Source: an uncultured virus (IMG/VR IMGVR_UViG_3300036401_000412)
Taxonomy: Duplodnaviria > Heunggongvirae > Uroviricota > Caudoviricetes
Direction: 5' to 3' (one strand)
Length of the DNA: 64,000 nt
IMG/VR virus record: IMGVR_UViG_3300036401_000412
The notes beneath the pieces were generated by a model. The model did no database searches and was not told the DNA's origin. It was given only the letters and a program-made list of their open reading frames with translations. Both the position numbers and the translations under genes were made by a program. How positions within the stretch are numbered: the first letter of the stretch is position 1; each line of letters begins with the position of its first letter. Below are positions 26,912 to 36,095 of this stretch, piece by piece.

Positions 26912-29900
26912 CTACAGCCCGTTGCGCGCCTTCACGATATACTGGTCTTTGCCAGGAACCTTTTGGATTTCATAGACTTCCAAGGCGGTCCCGTGGCGCA
27001 GTATTACTTCGTTTTCGTGTTCAAAGCTAGCACTGGCTGCCCACAGCCCGAGCGCGCGGGTGCCCTTCCGGGCGGTGATCTGCCATTGCACCTTGTTGTC
27101 GCGCCAGCCGGACGGTGGCGCATAGGACGCGGCCGTGGACATGAAGCCCTTCACCTGCGGCCGCACCAGCTTGCCCATCGTGAGGTCGGCGATCATCTTG
27201 TCGACCTTCTGCTGCGGCATATTCTCACCGCGCCAGACAATCAAATCCTGCTGCAACACAGCATCGTCGTGTTCGAACAGTTCCTCGATATGATTGATTT
27301 GCTCCTGATAGTGCGCCGGTATTGGTGCGTCGCTTTCGTCCGCCTCGCGGAGTGAGCCGTTGACGCCGCCGGAGCCGCCCTTGTAGCTCTTGCAGGCTTC
27401 CCGTTGCGCCGCCGGGACTTTCTTCCACCAGTTGCGGTTGAGCGTCTTGGCGGCCGTGAGCACGACCGGATCAGCCGCGCTGTCCACCTTGATCGCCGCC
27501 GCCTCGTGTTTTTTGGCGCGCGCCAACATCGACGCGTTCGGCGTCACGTGCAGCCCGGTGCCGGCAGGTTTCGGTGCGGCGGGAGCCGGTTTCGGTGCCG
27601 CTGCGGGTTTCGGCGCGGCAGCCGGTGTCGCGGCTGGCGCGGCTTTACCGACGAAGCCGACACCCGGGATCGGCTCGCCGCCGAGGTGCTTGATCCAGGA
27701 ATTGGCGAATTTCGCGGTATAGGCGTCGGGATACTCCACCACCGTGGGATACGCCTTCATCGCGGCGATCTTTTCCTCGGTGGTTTTGGTCGGATCGGTG
27801 GCGAGCGCATACACCTTCGGCTGGTGCTTGGAGGCGGTGTTCGGCTCCAGTTCGGCTGGGGTCGGCGCGGGCGCGGCCGGCGCGGCGGCGGGTGCCGGCT
27901 CGGGCGCGGGTTCCGGCTCGGCCGCCGCCATCTGCTCCATCTCGGCCTCGGATGGCGCGCCCTGCGCGGGTGGGCCGCCGTCTTTCTTGGCCTGCGCCTT
28001 GCCCAGCGAGCCTTTGGCGTGGCCGTGGTGCTGCTCCAGGTGGCTGATCAGTTGGTTCAGGTAGCCGGACACGTTGGTGGACTTGAAGTTGCTGGCATGA
28101 CCCTTGATCGTCGCCACCAGTTCGTGCGGCGACTCGGCACCTGACGCCATGTGGTGCTCGACCGCCTGCTTCATCTTGGCGCCGATCGGGCCGGCATACT
28201 TGGTCAGTTCCGGCGCCGGCTTGAACGGCTTCGGTGCGGCCCCACCGCCGCCACCGGTCTCGCCGGCCCCCTTGGTGAACTGGCCGGTCTTGGCGCGCGG
28301 ATGAGCCTCCTCATCCCACTCGCCGATCATCGCATCCATCGCGCGGAGCGGCGCCATCGCCGTGTCCTGTGCCGGATCGTCGGCCGGCAGGTCCGCCACC
28401 CGCTGGGCGATGTCGTCGCGCCGGGCGATCAACCGCTGCGCCAGTGCCGCCTTGGCCGCCGCGTCGCCCGGGCCGTGCTTGGCGACCAGCGCCTCGATCA
28501 CATGGGAGGGGATCGCGGTCACGTTGGCCGCCGAGCGGCGCAACTGGCTGGGCGTCATCTCGCCGAACAACTCGTGCGCCTGGGTGGCATCCGGCAGGCC
28601 GGACACCGAATGGCGCATCGACTCCCATTCACCGACGGTATCGCCGAACGCCGCCCCCTTGGGGCCGCCCTGGGCGCGATACAGCAGGCTGCCGCCGGTA
28701 TCGAGCGTGTGCATCACGCCGTCGATGCGCGCCTGATTGTCGTGCGTCAGACCGGGCGCGTCCCAGTTCGCCAGCCACGCATGGGTGGCGAAGTTGCGCT
28801 GTGCGTCGCGCCGGTCGGTCTTCGATTTCGGGTTGATGTCGGTCTTCGACTGCCATTCGGACGCGGTGCCGAGCTTGCCGCCGACGTCGGCCGGCATGGT
28901 GTGCAGCACAGGCGCGCGGGCCGCCTCATACAGCCGGGTGGCGAGCAGTTCGTTTTTGGCGTGATCCTCGGATTTCGACTGCTTGGCGTAGAATTTCCGG
29001 CCGTGGTCGTCCTCGTATTGGCCGCCCGGGTTGGAGCCAAGCTGACCGCCGATCTTGCTCATCGGCTTGAGATCGAGGGGTGCCTCCTCATCGGCGCCCT
29101 CGATCACGTGCTCGGCGATCTTGCGGTCGATCGGCTTGTTGAGGTGCTGGTGGAGTTCACCCGGCGGCACCAGCGAGACGCCCTCGGTCTCCCAGCCGTG
29201 CCCGTCCGGCGTGCCGCCGATCCGCTTGGCGTAATAGTAGCGCGCCTGGGAGGTGTCGCGCTGGGCGTCGCCGGCAAACCCGGTCAGTTCCACCCGCAGC
29301 CCGGACTCTTCGAACGCTTCCTTGATCGCGGTCGAGCGCAGCGTGTCACCAGAGTCCACACCACCCTTGGGGAACGACCCCTTATAGCCGCCATAGCCGC
29401 CCTTCGGCCGGATCATCCAGACGCGGCCGTCGGGTTCCTGGATGATCACGCCGGCACCCTGCTTGCGGCCGCCCTTCAGCGCCGGCACGTCCGGCTCATC
29501 GAACTCTGGCCCCTTGTCCGCCTCGGCCTGCCAGCCCGCGCTGGTGGTCGGGTGGTCGTGCCAGTGGGCAAACTTCACCCCGTGCAGCGAGCCGCTGGCC
29601 GGCTTGCTCTTGGTGAAGGTCTGCGCGCCGGATGCGACAGCCTTGCTGCCGGAGGTTTCATGGGAAACACCCGACAGTGATGCTGACCCACCGCCGGAGC
29701 CGAACTGGCCGTTATCGGCGCGCTTGACCTTGCTTTCGTCCCATTCGGCGGCGTCGGCGCCGAGCTTGAGCGCCTCATCGGGGTTGTCGTTGGCGCCGAG
29801 TTGGATGTGGCCGCGATCGTCCGGCCCGAGATGCACATGCACCTCGGCGTCGGGGTCTTGGGTGACCACGCGGACGTGGCCCTCGCCCGGCTTGAGGCCG

Positions 29901-31678
29901 TTCTCATCTTCCTGATCGCCGCTGCCCTTGGGGTTGGGCGGCTTCGGCGAGCCGGCCGGGCCGAGATGGCCGGGACCGGACGTCACGGGCGCGGGCGAGC
30001 CGCCGGCAGGCGTCGGGCCACCGCCCGGGGCACCCGGCGCGCCGGGACCGCTGCCGCCACCAGGACCGCCTCCAGGCCCGCCGCTGGGATCGCCCCCAAG
30101 GCCGGCCAGCGGATCGCCTTCCTGCGCGGGCGGCGTCGGCGCGGGTGTGGTGAGATCGAGGCCCTGATACGGGCTGTCGCTTTCGCCCGACAGTTTCTGG
30201 CGGATTTCGTCCGGCGACAGCACGCCCGCGTTGACATAGACCGCGTCGAGGTCGGCGTCGGATTTTCTCGCGGCTGCTTCCTCTTGTTCCGACATCTCGC
30301 GCAGCGGTTCCCAGGCGTGCGTGATGTCGGGATCGATCGCGCCCCACAGGCTCAACTGCATGACGTTGAGCACGGTGGTGAGGTTGGTATCGAAGAACGA
30401 GGTCTGGCTGGCGTGGATGAACTGCGCCCAGACCTGGAGTTCGCCCTCGCTGGTGGCGTTGAGGCCCGACGGCGAGATGCCGAGCAGCACCACCAGCGGG
30501 ATACCGACGGCGGACGCCATGTGCTCCTGCGACTGAGCTTGCAGGTGATCGAGCGAACCGAGCGGCGCCGAGACATTCTTGAAATCCTCGGTGGTCTTGT
30601 CGAGCACCATCAGATTGTTATTGTCTCGGAAGAAATTGAATAGCTGGGCGCGCATCCTCATCTGGTCGGTGGCGCCGGAGTTCAGCACGCTGCCCATGTT
30701 CGTCATCATCACGGGCGTCGAGAAACTATGAATAAGATCGGACACCGACTGACGGGTGCGCAGCCAGTTGTCCACATACGGCTTCGCCATCTGCGACAGT
30801 GACAGACCAGCGAATGAGTAAGCCGGCTTGAGCATGTCCGGCATTTCGCGACCGATGAACGGCAGCACCCGTGTGCGATGGATTTCCTTGCCCATCACCC
30901 ACCACGTCTGCGGCAGGTAGAAACTTTCTTTCAGCGGATCGGATGCGTTATACATATTCGGATAGCACCAGATCGGCTCGACCACGCGGATGCCCTTGAG
31001 GCCGCCTTTCTGGATCATGCGCGGATCGACCGGCAGCGGCAGCTTCATGAGGTCGCGGTCGTCGCCCTGGCCGGTGTCGATGTAGAGATGGCTGCGACCG
31101 AAGAACCCGTCGAGCAGCGCCAACAGCGTGAATTTCTCGCGCAGCTTGTGCGCTTTGATGCAGTCCTCAAGTTCGGCGATCTTGTCGCTCTTGTCGTCCT
31201 TGCCCTTTGCTTGCAAACGAAACCATCTGCGGGTCATGTCCTTCGCGATGGTCTCGCTGATGCGGCGATACTCGGTGCGCTGGGCGAGTTCGGCGAGGTA
31301 GGGAAAGCCGAGCCAGAACATGCCCTCGGTGACGTTGCCGTAGCCGAGATAGCCGCCCTGCTGCATCGGGTTGTTGAAGTCGTCCATCGCCATCGGACGG
31401 ATGCCATCGGGCACCACGCCGCGCGGTGGTTCGGCGGGACGGAACAGCCGCTCCATGTCCGCAGCGGTGGCGGAGCGGGTCGAGTAAAGCTGGAACGGTG
31501 TCACCTGGGCGTCGCGGATCGCCCCCATGCCGACCAGCGCCTGATACATCGCGGTGGCGTCGAATGTGGGCTGCGCTGGCGGCGCCGGAGGCGGATCGGA
31601 CGCGGGTCGAGTCAGCGATGCGGCATCACGCGCGAGGAGGCCAAGCAGGCCGCCAACAAAGGATTGCCACAGCGACAT
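26912..31678 (-). CDS. Portal protein (DUF1073-like) fused to NUDIX, kinase-like and ADP-ribosyltransferase domains
   Basis: Lies between terL and MuF. Residues ~1-505 have portal motifs (IHRTR, IPLVVLLGISPSGLNATSEGE, PLREMSEQE). Also present: Nudix box FPKGGVDSGD…KEAFEESGL, kinase-like NELLA..LY/WLANWD/DTGG, and ART motifs WRG/FMST/ENE. Confidence 0.88.
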   Translation of the reverse strand: MSLWQSFVGGLLGLLARDAASLTRPASDPPPAPPAQPTFDATAMYQALVGMGAIRDAQVTPFQLYSTRSATAADMERLFRPAEPPRGVVPDGIRPMAMDDFNNPMQQGGYLGYGNVTEGMFWLGFPYLAELAQRTEYRRISETIAKDMTRRWFRLQAKGKDDKSDKIAELEDCIKAHKLREKFTLLALLDGFFGRSHLYIDTGQGDDRDLMKLPLPVDPRMIQKGGLKGIRVVEPIWCYPNMYNASDPLKESFYLPQTWWVMGKEIHRTRVLPFIGREMPDMLKPAYSFAGLSLSQMAKPYVDNWLRTRQSVSDLIHSFSTPVMMTNMGSVLNSGATDQMRMRAQLFNFFRDNNNLMVLDKTTEDFKNVSAPLGSLDHLQAQSQEHMASAVGIPLVVLLGISPSGLNATSEGELQVWAQFIHASQTSFFDTNLTTVLNVMQLSLWGAIDPDITHAWEPLREMSEQEEAAARKSDADLDAVYVNAGVLSPDEIRQKLSGESDSPYQGLDLTTPAPTPPAQEGDPLAGLGGDPSGGPGGGPGGGSGPGAPGAPGGGPTPAGGSPAPVTSGPGHLGPAGSPKPPNPKGSGDQEDENGLKPGEGHVRVVTQDPDAEVHVHLGPDDRGHIQLGANDNPDEALKLGADAAEWDESKVKRADNGQFGSGGGSASLSGVSHETSGSKAVASGAQTFTKSKPASGSLHGVKFAHWHDHPTTSAGWQAEADKGPEFDEPDVPALKGGRKQGAGVIIQEPDGRVWMIRPKGGYGGYKGSFPKGGVDSGDTLRSTAIKEAFEESGLRVELTGFAGDAQRDTSQARYYYAKRIGGTPDGHGWETEGVSLVPPGELHQHLNKPIDRKIAEHVIEGADEEAPLDLKPMSKIGGQLGSNPGGQYEDDHGRKFYAKQSKSEDHAKNELLATRLYEAARAPVLHTMPADVGGKLGTASEWQSKTDINPKSKTDRRDAQRNFATHAWLANWDAPGLTHDNQARIDGVMHTLDTGGSLLYRAQGGPKGAAFGDTVGEWESMRHSVSGLPDATQAHELFGEMTPSQLRRSAANVTAIPSHVIEALVAKHGPGDAAAKAALAQRLIARRDDIAQRVADLPADDPAQDTAMAPLRAMDAMIGEWDEEAHPRAKTGQFTKGAGETGGGGGAAPKPFKPAPELTKYAGPIGAKMKQAVEHHMASGAESPHELVATIKGHASNFKSTNVSGYLNQLISHLEQHHGHAKGSLGKAQAKKDGGPPAQGAPSEAEMEQMAAAEPEPAPEPAPAAAPAAPAPTPAELEPNTASKHQPKVYALATDPTKTTEEKIAAMKAYPTVVEYPDAYTAKFANSWIKHLGGEPIPGVGFVGKAAPAATPAAAPKPAAAPKPAPAAPKPAGTGLHVTPNASMLARAKKHEAAAIKVDSAADPVVLTAAKTLNRNWWKKVPAAQREACKSYKGGSGGVNGSLREADESDAPIPAHYQEQINHIEELFEHDDAVLQQDLIVWRGENMPQQKVDKMIADLTMGKLVRPQVKGFMSTAASYAPPSGWRDNKVQWQITARKGTRALGLWAASASFEHENEVILRHGTALEVYEIQKVPGKDQYIVKARNGL

Positions 31679-31684
31679 GCCACC

Positions 31685-33097
31685 TCATCGGCCTGGGGGG
31701 ATGTGGATGCCGAGTGCGCGCAGCGCATCGGGATCGATGTTCATCGGCGGCTGCTCGACGATGGCGTTAAACGCACGCGAGGTGGCGTCCGGGTCATCGT
31801 CGTGGGCACCGTCGGGGAAGTTCTCCAATTCGGTGAACCACCGCTCATTCCAGCGCCCGCGCAGCACCAGCACATTGCCCACCTCGGCCTGCGCCGAGAA
31901 CGGCCCGAACCGCGTCACCTTGTCGCCCGATTCGGGCGAGTTCACCACGATGAAGCCCTGCAACAGATGCGTCATCGCCACCACCTGGGCGACGCCCGAC
32001 TGGCCGGGGTCTTTCGGGATCGAGGTGGTCGCCTCGCGGCCGTCCTGCTGGGCGTAATTCAGCACGCGACGGTTCACCTCGGCCGGGCTGCCACGGAACG
32101 CATCGGCGTGCAGCACGATCCAGCGACCGTCGTGCATCACGCCGATCTTGACGGTCGAGGTCCAGTCAGGATCGTTGTTGTCTTTCTGCTCGGTCGCGGC
32201 GAAATCCCAGCCGCGCACCACGCGCACGCACACGGGCGGGATGTCGACGATCTGGCACCATGAGCGGTTGAAGTAATAACCGGCACTCGGGCGGATTTTC
32301 CAGTTGCCGTTGAGCAGCCGCTCGCGCTCCACCTTGGCGAGCAGCATGAGATTGCCGAGATAGCCCGGATCGTTGCGCATCAGCGCCGGATTGTCGGCCA
32401 GCTTGGCGGCTATGAATGTGAAGGATTTGATCGTTTCCTTCGATTGCCCGGTGGCCGCCATCGCGGCCGCCTTGCTGTCATACCAGACCAGTTGATCGTC
32501 GGCGCCGCGCACGAAGTAGCGCACCACGCCGGAGCGTTCCGCGATCGGATAGCCGGTCGCGGGATTGACCCACCACGCGATCAGGTCGGCGACCCATGAG
32601 CCGGCGTCCGCGTTGCAGGTGGCGCGTATATACGGACGTATGCCGCTGGGCGAGCGGTTGCGGGAGATCAGGTAGAAGAACTGATCCTTGGTGAAGGTGG
32701 TCAGTTCATCGAAGCAGATGCAGCCGATCTGGCTGCCGTGCCAGTCGAACACCGTGTTCGGGTGCTCCAGGTGCGCCAGCTTGACGCTGCCCTTGCCGGG
32801 CCAGCGCCATTCCATCCGGTGCATCACCGGAAAGCCGCGCGCGAAGTAGTAGAGCTTCTCGGTCTCTGACCACAGGCCGCCGGGGCGGCGCAGATCGACC
32901 AGGGTGCGGCGGAAGATCACGGTGTCGAACGCCGTCACCTTCTGCGGGTAGCGCATGCCCTCCAGCAACAGCGCGTAGGACTTGCCGGAGCCGGCGGCGC
33001 CACCGAACACCGCGATATCAGCCTCGGTGTTGAGGAAGACTTCCTGCGGCCCGGCCTGCGGCCCGATGCGGCGCTCGACCCGGCCGCCATCAGGCAT
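31685..33097 (-). CDS. terL: Terminase large subunit
   Basis: Walker A GGAAGSGKS, Walker B ICFDE, and nuclease motifs GWDFA and HDDDPDA. Confidence 0.93.
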   Translation of the reverse strand: MPDGGRVERRIGPQAGPQEVFLNTEADIAVFGGAAGSGKSYALLLEGMRYPQKVTAFDTVIFRRTLVDLRRPGGLWSETEKLYYFARGFPVMHRMEWRWPGKGSVKLAHLEHPNTVFDWHGSQIGCICFDELTTFTKDQFFYLISRNRSPSGIRPYIRATCNADAGSWVADLIAWWVNPATGYPIAERSGVVRYFVRGADDQLVWYDSKAAAMAATGQSKETIKSFTFIAAKLADNPALMRNDPGYLGNLMLLAKVERERLLNGNWKIRPSAGYYFNRSWCQIVDIPPVCVRVVRGWDFAATEQKDNNDPDWTSTVKIGVMHDGRWIVLHADAFRGSPAEVNRRVLNYAQQDGREATTSIPKDPGQSGVAQVVAMTHLLQGFIVVNSPESGDKVTRFGPFSAQAEVGNVLVLRGRWNERWFTELENFPDGAHDDDPDATSRAFNAIVEQPPMNIDPDALRALGIHIPPGR

Positions 33098-33159
33098 CGG
33101 GTGGGCCTGCGTGCAGGCGCCGTGTTGCCCCTACAGGCCCGTCGTCCACGGCTTCTCCG

Positions 33160-33687
33160 TCAGGCATCGTCGGTGCCGGTCTTGTCGGGCGTATCCTCGT
33201 AGGTGCCATCGATCGTCGGCGGCTCAGGCTCCGGTCGGTCGCGGCCGTTCTCCGGCAGGTAGAACCGCACCACCTCCTCGCCGGAGACGTCGTCGCCGAA
33301 CGGCTCGGGGGTCTCCTCGCTGCCCTTCGGTATCTGCCACTCGGAGCCGCCGTGGGTCTGCAACCAGTAGCGCGCCGCCGACATATTGCCGGCCAACGCT
33401 TCCTTCACCACCACGAAGCCGACGCGTTGCACGATGCGCGCCTTGCCGGCCTTGATGTCGGGCTTGAAATACTTGTCGAGCGTGTGGACGTTGATGCGCA
33501 GCGCGTCCGCGATATCCGGGCGCGTCGCACCGTTGGCGGCGAACACCATCGCGATGTGGCGCTGCTCGGGGGTGGGCACGAAGGTCGGGATGCGGTTGCC
33601 GGGGCCGCGCCCTTCGCCACGCTGCATGCGCGCGGCCGGGCTGTCGGGATCGGGCGGGAACAGGCGTCTGATCTTCTGCTTGCTCAT
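33160..33687 (-). CDS. terS: Terminase small subunit
   Basis: HTH (IADALRINVHTLDKYF) and AARYWLQT.GG.EW; directly upstream of terL. Confidence 0.8.
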   Translation of the reverse strand: MSKQKIRRLFPPDPDSPAARMQRGEGRGPGNRIPTFVPTPEQRHIAMVFAANGATRPDIADALRINVHTLDKYFKPDIKAGKARIVQRVGFVVVKEALAGNMSAARYWLQTHGGSEWQIPKGSEETPEPFGDDVSGEEVVRFYLPENGRDRPEPEPPTIDGTYEDTPDKTGTDDA

Positions 33688-35039
33688 TCGGCGGCTGCCA
33701 TCTCAGGGTCGCGGTCACGGATATCGCCGATCGCGGCGAAGGTCTCCCCGGTGCCGTGCAGGATCGCCGGCTGCCCGGTGAAATCCTGCCAGCGTATGAT
33801 TGCTAAGTCGCAATACTTCGGCTCGATCTCGATCGCGTTGCAGGCCCGCCCGGTCATTTCGCAGGCGATGATGGTGGAGCCGGCGCCGACGAACGGATCG
33901 AGCACGATGTCGGCGGGATCGCTGAACGCCTCGATCACCGCCTGGGCGAGCGCCACCGGGAACACCGCCGGGTGATCGGTCGAGCCGTTGAACCGGTTCA
34001 CCCGGAATACGCTGTCGGCGACCTTGTTGGGGTCACGGGTGCTGGCCTCCGGCGCGGCGGGTCTCACCACGCCGTCGGCGCCGCGCAGCACACCGCCTGT
34101 GCGGGTGCGGCCGATGTTCTTCGGCTGCTTGGCGACCGACTTGCGGGCGCGCTGCTCGCCCGTGCGGTTGAAGTGGAAGATGAACTCGTGCGAGGGGCCG
34201 AGCCGGCCGCGCCAGTCGCCCGGCAGGCCGAAGCCTTGGTCCCAGACATACCAGCCGAAGCGGCGCCAGCCGCGCGCCCGCATCCAGGCGATCCAGCCGT
34301 CCCAGTAGGCCGACCACTCGCCGTCGCGGTGCACGAGGCCGAGGTTGACCAGCACCTGGGCGGTCTCGGTCACCGGCAGCGACCGGAACGCGCCCTCCAT
34401 CAGCACGTCCCAGTTGCCGACGCCGGCCTCATAGGTGCGCTGGGTCAGGTAGGGCGGTGAGGTGAAGCAAAGATCGGCGCGGACCATGTCGGCCGTCAGA
34501 CGCGCGTCGGTGGCGTCGCCGCACTTGAGGCGGTGATTGCCCAGCCGCCACACGTCCCCGGCCTGGGCGATCGGCAGGGCGGGCGCGGCGGGCACCTCAT
34601 CGGGGTCGGTCAACCCCACGGTGCGCTCGGCGAACAGGGTGTCGAGTTCCAGGCCGGAAAACCCGGTGAGCGAGAGGTCGAAGCCCTCCAGCTTGAGATC
34701 GCCCAGTTCGGTGCGCAACAGGTCGGCGTCCCAGCCGGCGTTGAGCGCCAGCTTGTTGTCGGCGACGCGGTAGGCGGCGATCTGGGCGGCGCTCCAGCCC
34801 CGCGCCACCATCACCGGCACCGAGGTGAGCTTGAGCTTGCGCGCCGCCAGCACGCGGCCGTGGCCGGCGATCAGGGTGCCCTGCTCATCGACCAGCACCG
34901 GCATCGCGAAGCCGAACGCGGTGATCGAATTGGCAAGCTGCTCGATCTGCTCGGGCGAATGGGTGCGGGAATTGCGGGCGTAGGGGATCAGCGTGTCGAG
35001 GTCGCGGCGTTCCACGCGGTCGGCGGGCCAATCGGGCAT
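33684..35039 (-). CDS. ParB-like domain fused to a DNA N4/N6 methyltransferase
   Basis: N-terminal PYARN.RTH…IAGHGR…ADNK (ParB/Srx). MTase motifs TSPPY, HPAVFP and DPFVGAGS. Confidence 0.9.
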   Translation of the reverse strand: MPDWPADRVERRDLDTLIPYARNSRTHSPEQIEQLANSITAFGFAMPVLVDEQGTLIAGHGRVLAARKLKLTSVPVMVARGWSAAQIAAYRVADNKLALNAGWDADLLRTELGDLKLEGFDLSLTGFSGLELDTLFAERTVGLTDPDEVPAAPALPIAQAGDVWRLGNHRLKCGDATDARLTADMVRADLCFTSPPYLTQRTYEAGVGNWDVLMEGAFRSLPVTETAQVLVNLGLVHRDGEWSAYWDGWIAWMRARGWRRFGWYVWDQGFGLPGDWRGRLGPSHEFIFHFNRTGEQRARKSVAKQPKNIGRTRTGGVLRGADGVVRPAAPEASTRDPNKVADSVFRVNRFNGSTDHPAVFPVALAQAVIEAFSDPADIVLDPFVGAGSTIIACEMTGRACNAIEIEPKYCDLAIIRWQDFTGQPAILHGTGETFAAIGDIRDRDPEMAAAE

Positions 35040-35084
35040 GGCAAATTCTCCCGCAAATAATTCCAGGTCCGCGTGCTTTTCGCC

Positions 35085-35132
35085 TTGCGTTTAGTGGGTC
35101 AAACTGGCATAACAATCAGGCACACACACAAA
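35085..35132 (+). promoter_or_regulatory. Conserved phage promoter, copy 1, with CA box
   Basis: TTGCGT-N17(TAGTGGGTCA)-CATAAC, then GCACACACACAAA upstream of the RBS. Confidence 0.75.
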
Positions 35133-35152
35133 CGACCCCGGAGACCACCGCG

Positions 35153-35371
35153 ATGTATGACCTAGCAGTTGAAAACGTGAAGCCCGGCCCATGCGAGAAG
35201 TGCAAGGGGTCCGGCGTCTATGCCTGGGGCGCCTCGATCAACGGCAAGATGCAATTCTCGGGTTCCTGCCATTCCTGCCGGGGCACCGGTCAGCAGTCGA
35301 ACCGGCAGATCATGATCAACCGCACTTACAACCGGCACAAGATCGCCGCGATCTGCTCGGGCGGCTACTGA
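35153..35371 (+). CDS. Small Zn-finger protein (CxxCxGxG twice)
   Basis: CEKCKGSG…CHSCRGTG; GGAG SD. Confidence 0.75.
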   Translation: MYDLAVENVKPGPCEKCKGSGVYAWGASINGKMQFSGSCHSCRGTGQQSNRQIMINRTYNRHKIAAICSGGY

Positions 35372-35592
35372 TGAGGGCCAGTGCCGCGAAGCGGGGACGC
35401 AATCCCCGCTTTCCCTACATTGCCGTGGTCATTCGCGACGATGGCAGCACCCACAACACCAACACGAAACGCGCGTTCGCGACGCGGCAGGAGGCGCTGT
35501 TCTACGCCGAGCGCTGGATCGCTGCCGCCCAGACGCACGCGGCGAAACAGGCGGCCGCGTATGCCGCCAGACATGCAGGAGCACCACAATGA
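35371..35592 (+). CDS. Hypothetical protein
   Basis: TGATG coupling (MRASAAKRG…). Confidence 0.6.
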   Translation: MRASAAKRGRNPRFPYIAVVIRDDGSTHNTNTKRAFATRQEALFYAERWIAAAQTHAAKQAAAYAARHAGAPQ

Positions 35593-35825
35593 ACGCCGAG
35601 CGCCGCAAGCTGCTCACCGACGCCGAGTCTCTACTCGATCAGGCCCGCACGCTGATCGAGCAGGCGCGCGATGAGGAGCAGGAAGCCTACGACAACATGC
35701 CCGAGGGCCTTCAGAACGGCGACCGTGGCACCGCGATGAGCGACGCGATCGACAACCTGGAGACCGCCGCATCCTCGATCGAGGACGTCGTCTCCAACGT
35801 CGCCGACGCACGCGGGGAGGGTTAG
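35589..35825 (+). CDS. Acidic coiled-coil hypothetical protein
   Basis: AGGAG SD; EEQEAYDNMPEGLQ motif. Confidence 0.7.
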   Translation: MNAERRKLLTDAESLLDQARTLIEQARDEEQEAYDNMPEGLQNGDRGTAMSDAIDNLETAASSIEDVVSNVADARGEG

Positions 35826-36095
35826 ATGGCCGTTGCGTGGCAGAAAGAGTTCAGCGTGCCGCGCGACGATCGCGATGGCGTCGCGGGCGTCAAGGTCGAG
35901 GATGGCGGGCAGGCGATGGTGATGTATGAGCCGGTCGCCAGCATGTATCAGCGCGACGGCGCGACGCTTTACGATCCCGCGTTCTTTGTCCGGTTTCATA
36001 GTTGGACCGAGACCCGGCCCTACTTCAAACAACACGCGCTTTTCAAGAGCCTGATGGGGAGGCGCGTGCGCGTCACGGTCGAGATCATCGACTGA
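35826..36095 (+). CDS. Hypothetical protein
   Basis: GGAGG SD; abuts both neighbours. Confidence 0.6.
   Translation: MAVAWQKEFSVPRDDRDGVAGVKVEDGGQAMVMYEPVASMYQRDGATLYDPAFFVRFHSWTETRPYFKQHALFKSLMGRRVRVTVEIID

Noticed and set aside
26912..30160. Portal extension as an intein or homing endonuclease insertion
   Set aside because: No intein splice motifs or LAGLIDADG/HNH signatures were seen, and the portal sequence does not resume afterwards.
11590..32263. Long + strand ORFs opposite structural genes (for example 11590-13458, 18126-19577, 28151-29680, 30878-32263)
   Set aside because: They are antisense shadows expected from high-GC codon bias, with no recognisable motifs or RBS.
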